From a virus (lineage: Duplodnaviria > Caudoviricetes): DNA of 64,000 nucleotides. The stretch lies in the IMG/VR virus record IMGVR_UViG_3300014733_000004, positions 1,182 through 65,181 of that record; one strand, written 5' to 3'. The position numbers were made by a program, and so were the translations under genes. The notes beneath the pieces are model-generated. The model was not told where the DNA came from, searched no databases, and saw only the letters and a list, made by a program, of their open reading frames with translations. Below, in pieces: positions 63,503-64,000 of this stretch (positions within the stretch are counted from its first letter, which is position 1; every line of letters begins with the position of its first letter).

Positions 63503-64000
63503 ATGGAAATTTCCCGAGAATTGCCCCGGTACCAGAGCCACAAGCACGTGTGGGCGCTCAAGATCAAGGCTGTCGTGCACGGCCCGAACCCGGATCGCAC
63601 GGGGCGTTCGTGCTCCTCCTCCTATGGGGCCATGATCTACCCCGAGAAGCAGGAATACCCCCCGTTCGAGGTGTCAGCCGAGTACGTGAACAAGCACCGG
63701 CCACAGCCCGGCGGCTACTACGTGCAGTACGCAGATGGATACCTGTCGTACTCCCCGGCGCAGGCGTTCGAGGAAGGCTACACCCTGCTGGGCGCCAAGC
63801 CCGCCCCGGGCTTGGGGACCGAACTGGACCCGCGCGCCGCACAACGGCAGGAACTCACCGCCGTCCTGGTGGCAGCGGTCGGTCCGATGCTGTCCGGTGA
63901 TGCCGCTCAGGCCCTGGCGCTGGGCCGCAGCTTCAAGGCGCTGCTGGACGGGCTGCTGGAGCCGGGCGCCACGCCGAAGGTGGAGGGGGTTGCCTCCTGA
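63503..64000 (+). CDS. Hypothetical phage protein with GGYYVxYxDGYxSxSPxxAFEEGY domain (165 aa)
   Basis: LPRYQSHKHVWALKI...PQPGGYYVQYADGYLSYSPAQAFEEGYT; stop at 63998-64000. Confidence 0.75.
   Translation: MEISRELPRYQSHKHVWALKIKAVVHGPNPDRTGRSCSSSYGAMIYPEKQEYPPFEVSAEYVNKHRPQPGGYYVQYADGYLSYSPAQAFEEGYTLLGAKPAPGLGTELDPRAAQRQELTAVLVAAVGPMLSGDAAQALALGRSFKALLDGLLEPGATPKVEGVAS

Larger units (their letters stand above)
1..64000. mobile_element. Temperate phage/prophage, internal segment; lambdoid early region with 933W-like podophage virion module
   Basis: Continuous phage gene order: early-left arm, immunity region, replication, terminase, portal, capsid, tail, lysis. No host housekeeping genes; boundaries lie outside the window. 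Confidence 0.97.

Noticed and set aside
1-64000. Integrase, att site, tRNA, rRNA, IS element
   Set aside because: None recognisable; the prophage ends lie outside the window.

Overview
The whole window is internal to a high-GC temperate phage or prophage. The host is probably a betaproteobacterium, inferred only from GC content, E. coli-type LexA boxes and gene content. No host genes, integrase or att site are visible. From left to right: (1) 1-10 kb, a leftward early/accessory arm with an HD phosphohydrolase, a mosaic protein with a MazG-like domain, a C5 DNA methyltransferase containing a nested out-of-frame ORF, DUF2303, and an N4C/N6A methyltransferase. (2) 10.6-12.1 kb, an immunity region with four WAGCAA-N4-TTGCTW operators, a repressor lacking a peptidase domain, cro, and a LexA-box-controlled two-gene operon. 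(3) 12-17.8 kb, Rha/ANT, an initiator with internal iterons, and nin-like genes. (4) 17.9-61 kb, a 933W-like podophage morphogenesis region: TerS, TerL, portal, N4-gp56-type capsid, tail and ejection proteins, and a 3123-aa polyvalent protein. An SOS/accessory cassette interrupts it at 43.2-46.2 kb. (5) 61-64 kb, lysis genes followed by two candidate anti-defence sponge genes. The most notable unannotated signals are regulatory. A bipartite promoter motif (ATAGGG-N24-RAnnnT) recurs before late gene blocks and appears to drive leaderless mRNAs. A CsrA-like gene accompanies an exactly duplicated GGA hairpin in front of two virion genes. There is a candidate SOS-triggered antirepressor switch, and an unannotated 37-aa peptide lies next to a small structured RNA. 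All family assignments come from motif recognition by eye, not from database searches.
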